Below are positions 1 to 9,811 of a DNA stretch of 64,000 nt, one piece after another. The notes beneath the pieces were generated by a model that saw nothing but the letters and a program-made list of their open reading frames with translations, made no database searches and was not told the origin of the DNA. Each line of letters opens with the position of its first letter. Position 1 is the first letter of the stretch. This stretch comes from a virus. Location of the stretch: the IMG/VR virus record IMGVR_UViG_3300010883_000001, positions 81,182 to 145,181 of that record. One strand, written 5' to 3'. Made by a program: the position numbers and the translations under genes.

Positions 1-335
1 TATCTGATATGGTTGATGGATTGATTTTAGCTATGGGATCTGAGTATTTTGGGCCGATTAATTTAGGGAACCCAAATGAGATTACTGTTTCCAAGTTAAC
101 AAATATAGTATTAGAAAAATGTAATGCACGAAATGCTATTAATTATTACCCATTACCTCAGGACGATCCATGCATCAGGAGACCCAACATAAATAAAGCT
201 AAGTGGTTATTGGGGTGGGTACCCAAAGTTAGTCTAGATGAAGGTCTAGATAGGACGATACAATACTTTAGAGGTCTTTTACGTGTAGAACCTCAAGAAC
301 CATCATATAATTTAAAAATTGGTTATGAAAAATGA
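1..335 (+). CDS. UDP-glucuronate decarboxylase (UDP-xylose synthase)-like NAD-dependent epimerase/dehydratase, C-terminal part (5' end outside window)
   Basis: GPINLGNPNEITV...PLPQDDP..RRPNINKAKWLLGW.PKVSLDEGLDRTIQYF is the typical UXS-family C-terminus; the frame is open to the window edge. Confidence 0.8.
   Translation, partial: SDMVDGLILAMGSEYFGPINLGNPNEITVSKLTNIVLEKCNARNAINYYPLPQDDPCIRRPNINKAKWLLGWVPKVSLDEGLDRTIQYFRGLLRVEPQEPSYNLKIGYEK
283..311 (+). promoter_or_regulatory. Putative promoter GTGTAG-N17-TATAAT upstream of dnaE
   Basis: Matches a motif repeated at 8 other gene starts with the same 17-nt spacer. Confidence 0.6.
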
Positions 336-3300
336 AAAAAACACCCTCAAGATTCGTAGGTCTTCATGCACATTCTGGATTTTCTACATTTGATGGATTA
401 GGATACCCTCAAGAACATATTGATTATGTAAAATCAAATGGAATGGACTGTTGGGCACTTACTGACCATGGTCACATGAATGGTTTTGCACATGCTTATT
501 TACATGCTGAAAAATTAAAAAAGCTTGGTGAGAATTTTAAATTTATTCCCGGGTGTGAAATGTATGTTCATCCGGATTTAGATGTATGGAGTCTAGACTA
601 CAAGCTAGCCCGGGCGGCAAAGCGAGGTGATCATGAGTCGATCACAAAACTTAGACAGCAAAGGGAGTCCATAGTAACCCCTATTCTTGCAGTAACCGAT
701 CGCGATGATGAGATTATAGATGTTGATATAAATGAAGGAGGTATGACTGTAGAGAATGAGGAGGAGACTAAGTCTGCAAAATTTTATGATCCCGTTAAAC
801 GCCGGCATCATTTAGTTGTACTACCTAGAACTAGTGAGGGTTTAAAACGTTTATTTTCATTGGTCTCCAAAGGTTATCTTGAGGGATTTTATAGATTTCC
901 GCGTGTAGATTATAAGATGTTAAAAGAGGCCGCTAAAGGTGGTCATTTAATGCTTAGTACGGCATGCCTAGGAGGCCCCGTCGCATATGAAGTATTCAGG
1001 CATTTACAAGAAGTTTCATTTAATAATCTTAATGCTTCTCTTTTAGATGATAGATCATTAATGGAGAAGACAATCCTTGGTGTTGGAAATGCATATGGAT
1101 CACTGTGTGACGCAGTAGGGCGTGAGAACGTTATGCTTGAGTTACAGTTCAATAAACTCCCAGCTCAACATTTGGTGAATAGAGCTATACTTGAGTATTC
1201 TAGAAGAAACAATTTATCAGATCAATTAATAGTAACTTGCGACTCGCACTATGCAAATCCAGAACATTGGAAAGAGAGAGAATTATATAAGAAGTTAGGA
1301 TGGTTAAATTATCGTGATTATGATCCTTCTTCGTTACCACAAAGTCGCGACGATTTAGAGTGTGAATTATATCCGAAAAACGAAACACAGGTCTGGGATT
1401 CATATACAAATACATCTTCTGGGTATGATTTTTATAATGATGAAGAGATATGTAGCGCTATTGAGAGAACGCATGATATAGCACACGAAATGATAGGCGA
1501 TATCACAGCCGATAAAAAAATGAAGCTGCCGTCATATATAGTACCTCAAGGCACTGATGAAAACACGGCACTTCTAGAAGCTTGTAAAAAAGGATTAATA
1601 GAGAAGGGCTTACATGCTAACAATGAATATATAGACCGCTTAAAGCTAGAGCTCTCTGTAATACGCAGTAAGGATTTTTCTAGATATTTTTTGACGATGA
1701 AGTCAATTCTTGATATTGCAAGAGAACGCATGTTGATAGGACCGGGTCGAGGATCCGCAGCTGGTAGTCTGGTTGCATATGTACTTGGAATAACAAACGT
1801 TGATCCTATAGAATATGGATTATTGTTTGAAAGATTTTTATCTGTCCATCGTGAGGGCGCACCAGACATTGATACTGACGTAGGCGATAGGGATCTTCTG
1901 ATTGATCTACTCAAGGCAAATTTTGGTGATCAGAATGTTGTTCCTATTTCAAATTATAACACTTTTAAATTGAAATCATTAGTAAAAGATATATCACGTT
2001 TTTATGGTATACCCTTTGACGAAGTAAATAAGGCACTGGCACCGGTTGAGAATGACGTAAAAAAAGTAGTCTTTACAAAGGGTACCGACAAAAACCTTTT
2101 CGTGTTATTGTATGAAGATGCCATTGCACACTCGGCATCATTTCGAAGTTTTATTGAAAAGTATCCTGAGGTAGCTGAACCAATCGAAATTTTATTTAAG
2201 CAAAATAAGTCCTTGGGTCGACATGCTGGCGGAGTAATAATCAGTGAAAATATTCCGGAGCAGATGCCCTTGATACTCGCAAGGGGTGAGCTACAGACCC
2301 CTTGGGTCGAAGGGATGCATTATAAACATCTGGAAGAGTTTGGGTGGATTAAATTTGATCTTCTTGGATTAGAAACCCTACGAATAATCCAACGTTGTAT
2401 AGAGCTAGTTTTGAAGAGGCATGAGGGAAATGAGAACCCGACTTTTGTTGATGTGAAGAAATGGTTTGACCAAAACATGGATCCGAAAGTCATAGATTTT
2501 AATGATGAAGAAGTGTTTCGAAACATATATCATCAAGGAAAATGGGCTGGAATATTTCAGGCTACGCAACGAGGCGCACAGGCATTTTTTAAGAAAGGAA
2601 AGCCTTTGAGTATTATTGATGTTGCTACGCTTACATCAATTTATCGCCCAGGTCCGTTAAGTGCTAATGTGCATAAGATATATTTGGGATCAAAGGACAA
2701 TCCAGAAGATATAGATTATCAACATGATCTTATTAAACAGGTTCTGGAACCGACATATGGTGCGATAATCTTTCAAGAGCAAGTTATGGAGTTATGCAAC
2801 GTTGTAGCCGGTTTCCCTCAGGAAGACTGTGATAAGGTTCGTAGAACAATCATGAAGAGATCTGCGTCTAAGGCAGATGCTATGAAAGCCGAGGCTGAAG
2901 CTTTAAAGAACAGATTTGTTGAGGGTGCTGTCACAAATGGCGTGGCACAGGATGTTGCTAGCGAATTATATGAGAAAATCTTATTTTTCTCCGGATATGG
3001 TTTTAATAAATCTCATGCCGTATCTTACGCAGTTGATTCTTACTATTGCGCATGGTTGATGCACTACTATGAGGAGGAATGGCTGTGTGCTTATCTTGAG
3101 GCTATGTCAAGTACTCCGGATAAGTTGGCAAAAGCATCTAGCGAGATTAAAAAGCTGGGATATAAGACGGTACCTCTAGACATAAATTATGCTGAAAAGA
3201 CCTGGACAATATTAGACGGGAAGAAATTTATGCCATCATTCTTATCATGCAAAGGTATAGGACTAGCCGCAATCGACGAGATTATGAAAAATAGACCGTA

Positions 3301-3931
3301 TAGCTCAGTTGATGATTTACTATGGGATGAATCAGGTAAGTGGCGACATTCAAAGTTTAATAAGCGTGCGTTAGGCTCACTTATTCGTGTTTGTGCATTT
3401 GGGTCCATGGGCTTAGTTGGCGAAAGGAAGGCATTTTCTTCATATAAGCAGATGCACGAAATACTAATAGATAAAAACCAAGATATAAAAAAGTCAACAA
3501 GGAAAGATCCATGGAGAGGTAAAAAAGCAATGACTGAATTGCTGGTTGAATCAGATACTTCAAGCGAATGGACATCTTATGAGCTAGCAAAGAATAGTAT
3601 TGAGCTGTTGGGATCATTTAGTTCGAAATTACTAGTGGATGACGAGTTACAAAAAGAGCTACAAAAAAGAGGCATTCACACAATTGATGAATATCACTCA
3701 AAAGACCTATATTGGTTTATTGTAAAGAAGGCAATCCCAAAGTTGACAAAGAATAAAAAGCCGTATCTACTATTGACAATATCTGGTACTGAAGGATCGG
3801 AAAGTCGGATGTTCTACTGGGGATGGAATGGAAACACAGATATATCAGAGTTTTCAGTTTGTGTGGCAGAAATTGACAGGAGCGATTTTGGATTTTCAAC
3901 TAGATCCGGAAAGATAAAGGTAATTAGATAA
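332..3931 (+). CDS. dnaE: DNA polymerase III alpha subunit (family C)
   Basis: PHP motifs HAHS..STFDG, TDHG, DSHY; GPGRGSAAGSLVAY; LLFERFL; catalytic PDIDTD; RHAGGV; KFDLLGL; YGFNKSHA. Confidence 0.97.
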   Translation: MKKTPSRFVGLHAHSGFSTFDGLGYPQEHIDYVKSNGMDCWALTDHGHMNGFAHAYLHAEKLKKLGENFKFIPGCEMYVHPDLDVWSLDYKLARAAKRGDHESITKLRQQRESIVTPILAVTDRDDEIIDVDINEGGMTVENEEETKSAKFYDPVKRRHHLVVLPRTSEGLKRLFSLVSKGYLEGFYRFPRVDYKMLKEAAKGGHLMLSTACLGGPVAYEVFRHLQEVSFNNLNASLLDDRSLMEKTILGVGNAYGSLCDAVGRENVMLELQFNKLPAQHLVNRAILEYSRRNNLSDQLIVTCDSHYANPEHWKERELYKKLGWLNYRDYDPSSLPQSRDDLECELYPKNETQVWDSYTNTSSGYDFYNDEEICSAIERTHDIAHEMIGDITADKKMKLPSYIVPQGTDENTALLEACKKGLIEKGLHANNEYIDRLKLELSVIRSKDFSRYFLTMKSILDIARERMLIGPGRGSAAGSLVAYVLGITNVDPIEYGLLFERFLSVHREGAPDIDTDVGDRDLLIDLLKANFGDQNVVPISNYNTFKLKSLVKDISRFYGIPFDEVNKALAPVENDVKKVVFTKGTDKNLFVLLYEDAIAHSASFRSFIEKYPEVAEPIEILFKQNKSLGRHAGGVIISENIPEQMPLILARGELQTPWVEGMHYKHLEEFGWIKFDLLGLETLRIIQRCIELVLKRHEGNENPTFVDVKKWFDQNMDPKVIDFNDEEVFRNIYHQGKWAGIFQATQRGAQAFFKKGKPLSIIDVATLTSIYRPGPLSANVHKIYLGSKDNPEDIDYQHDLIKQVLEPTYGAIIFQEQVMELCNVVAGFPQEDCDKVRRTIMKRSASKADAMKAEAEALKNRFVEGAVTNGVAQDVASELYEKILFFSGYGFNKSHAVSYAVDSYYCAWLMHYYEEEWLCAYLEAMSSTPDKLAKASSEIKKLGYKTVPLDINYAEKTWTILDGKKFMPSFLSCKGIGLAAIDEIMKNRPYSSVDDLLWDESGKWRHSKFNKRALGSLIRVCAFGSMGLVGERKAFSSYKQMHEILIDKNQDIKKSTRKDPWRGKKAMTELLVESDTSSEWTSYELAKNSIELLGSFSSKLLVDDELQKELQKRGIHTIDEYHSKDLYWFIVKKAIPKLTKNKKPYLLLTISGTEGSESRMFYWGWNGNTDISEFSVCVAEIDRSDFGFSTRSGKIKVIR

Positions 3932-5019
3932 TGCGGGTCTTAGTAGTCGGAGGAGGTATATTTGGTACCACGATAGCATCAGAACTATCAGAGCATGGAA
4001 ATGATGTAACATTAATTGAAAAAGAAAATACCTTGATGACGGCAGCCAGCAGGGTAAATCATAATCGTGTTCATTTTGGCTATCACTATCCTCGTAGTCC
4101 AGAGACGGCAAGACAATGTCTAGACAGCATTCCCAGTTTTTTAATGCATTATGGTGATTCTGTAGTATCGGATTTCCCTAACTATTATACGATTGCTAAT
4201 GAAGGTAGCTTCGTAACCCCGGAACAGTTTATTGATTTTTGTAAAGAGGTTAAAATTGATTTCTACGAACAATATCCACCTAAGCATCTTCTTAGAAGAG
4301 ACAAGCTAGCAGCTAGCTTTAGGGTAAGAGAGCCTATTTTTAGTACCAGTCGATTAGCACAGCTAGTTAACGATCGATTAGATCGAGCAGGTGTGAACGT
4401 TCTTGTAAGGACACAAATTACTAAGGCTAAGAAAAATCCTGGAGGTGGATACTCTGTAATGATAAATGGTGCTAGGTGTATATTTGATAAGGTTATTAAT
4501 GCAACATACGCCGGCCTGAATACTGTAAATAAGGTGTTTAATGTCCGGCCTCATGAACTACGGTTTGAGGAGACAGTAGTACCAGTATTCAAGTTCAGTC
4601 ACACACCTGTTGGGCTGACTATAATGGATGGTCCCTATTGTACTATAATGCCTCATGGAAATATTTCGGAAGAGTTTTTACTTTGGCATGTTGATGGCGG
4701 AGTTTTATCTCATGCTACTGACATTAAAAATATTCGTAGGGTTGTGTCATCTGATGAAGAGATCGCGGCTCGTATAATTGAGATGTCTGCTGAGTTTATG
4801 CCTTTTATGGAGGGCGTGGAATTTCTTTCATTGATGAAAACAGTAAAGACTGTCTATGAGAATAAGTATGATGCAAGAATGTCTGAGGTTCATACGTACG
4901 ACGACAGTCCGGACTTTATCTCAGTATTATCTGGGAAGATAATGTGTGCACCTCAGATTTCATATCAGGTTCGAGAATTAGTTAGGGGTAAGAAGTATCA
5001 CAGGAGTATTTTGGTATGA
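3931..5019 (+). CDS. FAD-dependent oxidoreductase (DAO/L2HGDH-like)
   Basis: N-terminal VVGGGIFG dinucleotide-binding motif; ASRVNHNRVHFGYHYPRS. Confidence 0.85.
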   Translation: MRVLVVGGGIFGTTIASELSEHGNDVTLIEKENTLMTAASRVNHNRVHFGYHYPRSPETARQCLDSIPSFLMHYGDSVVSDFPNYYTIANEGSFVTPEQFIDFCKEVKIDFYEQYPPKHLLRRDKLAASFRVREPIFSTSRLAQLVNDRLDRAGVNVLVRTQITKAKKNPGGGYSVMINGARCIFDKVINATYAGLNTVNKVFNVRPHELRFEETVVPVFKFSHTPVGLTIMDGPYCTIMPHGNISEEFLLWHVDGGVLSHATDIKNIRRVVSSDEEIAARIIEMSAEFMPFMEGVEFLSLMKTVKTVYENKYDARMSEVHTYDDSPDFISVLSGKIMCAPQISYQVRELVRGKKYHRSILV

Positions 5020-5681
5020 TAAAGAATATACTAATTTTTGGTGCATCTGGTTATGTGGCACGTCATTTTAGCGAAAAATATTTTAATCATTATAATATTA
5101 TTCACTTTGCTAGAGAAGATTTTGATTTTTTGAGACCTGATTTTGAAAAATTGGTTGAAAATTTAATCGAGAAACTTCAACATTTACGGCAACCACGACA
5201 TGGCGGCGTAGATGGGATTGTGTTTTTGCAAGGAATTAACCCCTCATTTGGAGTAAGTGACATAGATGATAATCAGTTTCATGATATGTTAAGTATAAAT
5301 TTATCAGTACCACTTCAGGTTATTAGGCAAATTAAAGACTGGATTAATAAAAGTGCATCAATCACATTTATATCATCCATTGCAAGAAAGAAAGGGAGTT
5401 ATGATCCGAGCTATGCTTCTGCAAAAGCGGGGCTGGTTGGACTTCAGCAGGCTTTGTCAAATCATTTTTCTGATATTCGTTTTAATACGATATCACTCGG
5501 GTTGGTTGGGGGATCCCCTGTTCACGAGGGAATGACAGATGATTTTGCCCTTAAACATCTAGATGCCATGGGAGGAAAATTGGTAAAAGTTGATGATGTT
5601 TGTAAAGCTATAGGTTTTTTGATAGAATGTGATAGTATTTCTCGCGCGATTATTCCAATTGATAGAGGGTTTAAGTTATGA
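5016..5681 (+). CDS. Short-chain dehydrogenase/reductase (SDR)
   Basis: GASGYVA Rossmann motif; ISS...YASAKAG catalytic S/YxxxK. Confidence 0.85.
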   Translation: MIKNILIFGASGYVARHFSEKYFNHYNIIHFAREDFDFLRPDFEKLVENLIEKLQHLRQPRHGGVDGIVFLQGINPSFGVSDIDDNQFHDMLSINLSVPLQVIRQIKDWINKSASITFISSIARKKGSYDPSYASAKAGLVGLQQALSNHFSDIRFNTISLGLVGGSPVHEGMTDDFALKHLDAMGGKLVKVDDVCKAIGFLIECDSISRAIIPIDRGFKL

Positions 5682-6208
5682 GTGATCAAAAGATCATAAT
5701 CTTTGATGGTCCGGACGGGTGTGGAAAGACAAATATCGCAGCTGCGTTGTCAAGACTTCTAGATATTCCCGTTTTTAAGAATGAATTTGAATGGGATCAT
5801 TTTAATCTTGGCTCAAGTAATGATTATTTTATTAAAGCAATAGAATATCAGCACCCCTACGTGTTATCTTTCTTAAAGCAAACCAGACATTCAGCAATAT
5901 TTGATAGGGCTCATCCTTCTGAGTTTGCATACTCCCGCGTATTTGAGAGAACAACAAGTTGGAGGGCTTTAAAGATGTGTGATGATATGAGTGCTGAAAT
6001 GTCTGTAAAAATAATTATTCCCTATCGCACAAATTATGAAAATGTCGATGATGAGTTTGGGGTAAATCCCATAAAGCTAGTAGAGATTGAATCCGAGTAT
6101 AGAGCATTTGCTAAGTGGACCAAGTGTGATGTAATGTGGTTAAATGTTGATGATGAAGATTTAGATAGGGAAATTAAGGAAATCGTTGATTTTTTGGAGA
6201 TGGTATAA
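5678..6208 (+). CDS. P-loop (deoxy)nucleoside monophosphate kinase, thymidylate-kinase-like
   Basis: IIFDGPDGCGKT Walker A; FDRAHPSEFAY (DR motif). Confidence 0.85.
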   Translation: MSDQKIIIFDGPDGCGKTNIAAALSRLLDIPVFKNEFEWDHFNLGSSNDYFIKAIEYQHPYVLSFLKQTRHSAIFDRAHPSEFAYSRVFERTTSWRALKMCDDMSAEMSVKIIIPYRTNYENVDDEFGVNPIKLVEIESEYRAFAKWTKCDVMWLNVDDEDLDREIKEIVDFLEMV

Positions 6209-7239
6209 TGAGGGTACTGTTTAGTTATTGGGGATTTTGTGAGAGCTTTGAAGACTGTAACGAACCGAATACACCTGATGGATCTAGATTCACTAGACCG
6301 ATGTTTGTTAATGCACTTACGATTGCAGGGCACCAGGTAACATCTCTACAAAAAAGAAGAGAGAAAAATGAGTACCCCGGGATTACATATGATCCAGTTG
6401 GTTTACCTGATGGTGATATTTTATTTATTGAGTGGCGCTGGAAGACGTGGAAAAATTTTGGTGATACTAAATTTGAGAATGATTATGACAGGCAAATCGA
6501 ATTATTGCAACACTATCATGGAGAGGTACCCGTCGTAATATGGGACTGTGATATGAAATTGACGTCTGAGGATGAGAATAGGTGGCCTGAGGCTATCATT
6601 GCTGACCCTACAATGGACCCTAAGCAACTTACCAGAAAGAGGGCTAGGTTACCATTTTCATCAGATCTGAAATTTTTAGTTGAGCCGTATGAAGACCCGG
6701 TTAGGTATGGGTATATCGGGAACAATTACGAGCGAGATGAGATGTTTGAAAAATATTATAATTGTCCCGCAAAATCTCTTAGGCCGGAAGGAATTCAAAC
6801 ATCAGTTTTTGGAAACTGGCTTCTGCGATCTCCGGAGAGAATGTCTCCTGAACATGTAACGAAGAAATTTCGTAATATTGCGTTTATTGATAGGGTTGGG
6901 TTTACTGAATCCATGCAGCAGTTGAGAAAATTCATATGTACTACACATATCACAAAGCCAGAGTATGCAAAGAGGGGATTTGTCTCGCCTAGGTATCTTG
7001 AGAATATAGCAACATGTACTCCTTCATTGGTACCTTGTGAGTTTATGATGAATAATATTTTAGGAAATAATTGGATGGCATCAAGCTCAGGCAGTGTTGT
7101 CAAGGCTGTAAGATATTTGAGATGTCTTTTACCAGAAGATCGTGCTGCGGTTGTTGATGAGCAAAGGTATAATTTGAGAAATAACCTGAATGTTGATGTT
7201 AAGCAAACAGTTGAGTTTTTAGAGGGTTTGATAAAATGA
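6208..7239 (+). CDS. Putative GT-B glycosyltransferase (DNA/nucleobase glycosyltransferase-like)
   Basis: SYWGF..TPDG.R, ILFIEWRW, VIWD.D, YIGNNYER, GFVSPRYLE resemble glycosyltransferases found beside TS homologues; gene context agrees. Confidence 0.65.
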   Translation: MRVLFSYWGFCESFEDCNEPNTPDGSRFTRPMFVNALTIAGHQVTSLQKRREKNEYPGITYDPVGLPDGDILFIEWRWKTWKNFGDTKFENDYDRQIELLQHYHGEVPVVIWDCDMKLTSEDENRWPEAIIADPTMDPKQLTRKRARLPFSSDLKFLVEPYEDPVRYGYIGNNYERDEMFEKYYNCPAKSLRPEGIQTSVFGNWLLRSPERMSPEHVTKKFRNIAFIDRVGFTESMQQLRKFICTTHITKPEYAKRGFVSPRYLENIATCTPSLVPCEFMMNNILGNNWMASSSGSVVKAVRYLRCLLPEDRAAVVDEQRYNLRNNLNVDVKQTVEFLEGLIK

Positions 7240-8231
7240 AAAAATCAGTATTAATTACTGGAGGTTGTGGCTTTATAGGGGGCAATCTTGTAAAAGCACT
7301 ATACAATAAGGGATGGGTTGTTGATGTTGTTGATCACAGTGTAGAGATAGATCCGGATATATTTTCCCATGATGGAAAAAATGTGACGAGAATTTGTCCG
7401 GCTGCGTTAATGCCAGCGTTACAAAAAAGGGATAGAGAAGACAAAATATTAGTAATAACGTCTGATTTTACTGACGAAAATATTTTGAAGAAAATTTCTA
7501 ATAAAAAATATGATATAGTTTTTCATATGGCCGCTGAACCCCGAGTGGGGTTTAGTGTTAAAGATCCTGTCTTTACAACTGAAGAGAACTTGTTTAAGAC
7601 AGTTGTGTTGTTTAAGGCCTGTGCTGATGCTGGTACAAAGGTTGTATTTTCCTCCTCATCAGCAGTTTACGGAAATGCTGATCAACTACCCACCAGCGAA
7701 GATTGCAAAAAGAAACCAGCATCCCCATATGCATTGCAGAAGTTACATGCGGAGGATTACGCAAGGTTATTTAGCGACTTGTATGACTTAGATGTTGTAT
7801 GTCTGAGGTATTTTAACGTATTTGGCCCCGGGGCTCTAGGCAGTTCTCCTTACGCAACGGCAGTTGCTGCATGGTGCCAGGCAATATATGATGGAAACAC
7901 ATTACGAAGTGATGGTGACGGAGAGCAAACGCGGGATCTTGTTTATGTGGATGATATTGTAAGAATTAATATTGCCCTAGGGAAAAGTGCTAAAAACTTT
8001 AAAGGCGATTGTTATAATGTTTGTACCGGTAAGTCATATAGCAATAATTACGTATTATCTAGGTTTAGGGAAAAATTTTCTAATTTAGAGATCGTTTCTG
8101 CTCCTGCTCGTATTGGAGACGTTAAACATACTTTAGGTGATACCAGTAAGGCAACAAATGATCTTGGATTTGAGGTTGTACATGATTTCGATGATGCTTT
8201 AAAGGCAACATGGGCATGGTGGGGATTTTAG
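7236..8231 (+). CDS. NAD-dependent nucleotide-sugar epimerase/dehydratase (GalE-like extended SDR)
   Basis: TGGCGFIG, FHMAA, SSSSAVYG, PYALQK, LRYFNVFGP, GDGEQTRDLVYV. Confidence 0.92.
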   Translation: MKKSVLITGGCGFIGGNLVKALYNKGWVVDVVDHSVEIDPDIFSHDGKNVTRICPAALMPALQKRDREDKILVITSDFTDENILKKISNKKYDIVFHMAAEPRVGFSVKDPVFTTEENLFKTVVLFKACADAGTKVVFSSSSAVYGNADQLPTSEDCKKKPASPYALQKLHAEDYARLFSDLYDLDVVCLRYFNVFGPGALGSSPYATAVAAWCQAIYDGNTLRSDGDGEQTRDLVYVDDIVRINIALGKSAKNFKGDCYNVCTGKSYSNNYVLSRFREKFSNLEIVSAPARIGDVKHTLGDTSKATNDLGFEVVHDFDDALKATWAWWGF

Positions 8232-8241
8232 GGGAAAAAAA

Positions 8242-9231
8242 TTGCATATTGTCTCTCATTCGTTTAACGACTGCTATAATCAGTTGGCGAAATATTTGTT
8301 AACAAGCGGGGAATATGATGTATCCCCTAGAGGCCAGAGGGTTAGAGAATCTTTATGCGTAAGTTTTAAGATTGAAAACCCTAGGGATAGACTAATCTAT
8401 AATCCGGCGAGAAAATTTTCTTTCACATATGTTATAGCGGAGATGCTTTGGTATATTTCTGGAAATAATAAAACGTCGTGGATATCTCATTATTCTAAAT
8501 TTTGGAATAAAATATCTGATGATGGTAAGACGGCCAACTCTGCATATGGTGCTAGGATATTTGAGAAAAATGAAAGAATCGCAGGATCCCAATTTATTCA
8601 GTGGGATTTTATAAAGGAGGAGTTAAGAAAAGATCCGGATTCTAGAAGGGCAATAATTCATATCCGCGTTCCGGAGGATTCTATAAAGGCAAAGCTTGAT
8701 GTCCCCTGTACAATATCAATACAATACTTTATAAGATCTGAAAAATTACATTGCATAGTCAATATGAGATCTTCTGACTTAATTTTAGGGATAAGCTACG
8801 ATATTCCTGCGTTCACATTTATGCAGGAGATGATGGCAAATGAATTGGGGGTTGATGTAGGCTCTTATATGCATGTCAGTAATTCATTGCATGTATACGA
8901 GAGACATTTTGATATGCTAGAAAAGATAGCATCAACAGAAAATATTAATAAGTCTTATTCATTAAGTTCAGGAGCTAGAAAACTTAAATTACCACAGGGT
9001 GATCTACCCATATATAGTTTAATGCAGTTTGAGGACGCTATGCGAAAAACCACCCATAATAAAACCGCATTAGATTTATTAGATTCATCGATTTGTTTAT
9101 TCGATGATTATTGGAATGATTGGCTACGAGCGCTAGCAGCGCATAGGGTTCTTAAAAATGGTGATAAACATCTTCACGATAATATATTATATAGGTGTGA
9201 TCGCTTGAGGGGGTGTTATGAGAGATCCTGA
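8242..9231 (+). CDS. Thymidylate synthase homologue, probably dCMP hydroxymethylase/dCMP-modifying enzyme
   Basis: DPDSRRA, PCT (catalytic Cys), NMRSSDLILGISYD with Asp at the ThyA Asn177 position, SLHVYERH; TTG start. Confidence 0.8.
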   Translation: MHIVSHSFNDCYNQLAKYLLTSGEYDVSPRGQRVRESLCVSFKIENPRDRLIYNPARKFSFTYVIAEMLWYISGNNKTSWISHYSKFWNKISDDGKTANSAYGARIFEKNERIAGSQFIQWDFIKEELRKDPDSRRAIIHIRVPEDSIKAKLDVPCTISIQYFIRSEKLHCIVNMRSSDLILGISYDIPAFTFMQEMMANELGVDVGSYMHVSNSLHVYERHFDMLEKIASTENINKSYSLSSGARKLKLPQGDLPIYSLMQFEDAMRKTTHNKTALDLLDSSICLFDDYWNDWLRALAAHRVLKNGDKHLHDNILYRCDRLRGCYERS

Positions 9232-9811
9232 GTTTATAATTTTTACTGGACCAATGTTCGGTTCAAAAACTACTAGAATGCTAGCATGTGTAGACAGGTA
9301 TAGATACCAGCATAAACTTATTGCAGTATTTAAACCAAAGATAGATGATAGATACGAGACTGATAAAATTAAAACACATTCAGGTTTGTCTATACAGGCG
9401 CACTGCGTCGAGTCAGGTTACGAGATTGCTGATATTATAACTAAAATTGAGCTAGCGTCACTTAAGAGAGTTGACGTGATTGCCGTTGATGAAGCTTTTA
9501 TGATTGAAGGATGCTCGTCGACGCTAATTCAATTGTTTAAAACAGGATACACAATCGTAATTGCGTCGATACAATTATCGGCCACCGGCGAGCCATTTAA
9601 TGAAATTAAAGATATTCTGCCATGGGGGACAAGAGTTGAGGTTTGTCCAGCAGTATGTTCTAGGACTGGCGAAGATGCATATTATACATTTAGAAAAGTT
9701 GAATGTTTGGATAGCATTATGATTGGAGGTTCTGATATGTATGAGGCCAGGTGTTGGTCAAGTCATCCTGGACTGAATTCCTTGGAGAAATTAAATGATA
9801 GAGCCATCTAG
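9218..9811 (+). CDS. tdk: Thymidine kinase
   Basis: TGPMFGSKT, KPKIDDRY, IAVDEAF, IGGSDMYEARC. Confidence 0.9.
   Translation: MRDPEFIIFTGPMFGSKTTRMLACVDRYRYQHKLIAVFKPKIDDRYETDKIKTHSGLSIQAHCVESGYEIADIITKIELASLKRVDVIAVDEAFMIEGCSSTLIQLFKTGYTIVIASIQLSATGEPFNEIKDILPWGTRVEVCPAVCSRTGEDAYYTFRKVECLDSIMIGGSDMYEARCWSSHPGLNSLEKLNDRAI

Noticed and set aside
570-800. Intein in DnaE
   Set aside because: The insertion has no Cys/Ser start, no His-Asn end and no LAGLIDADG motifs
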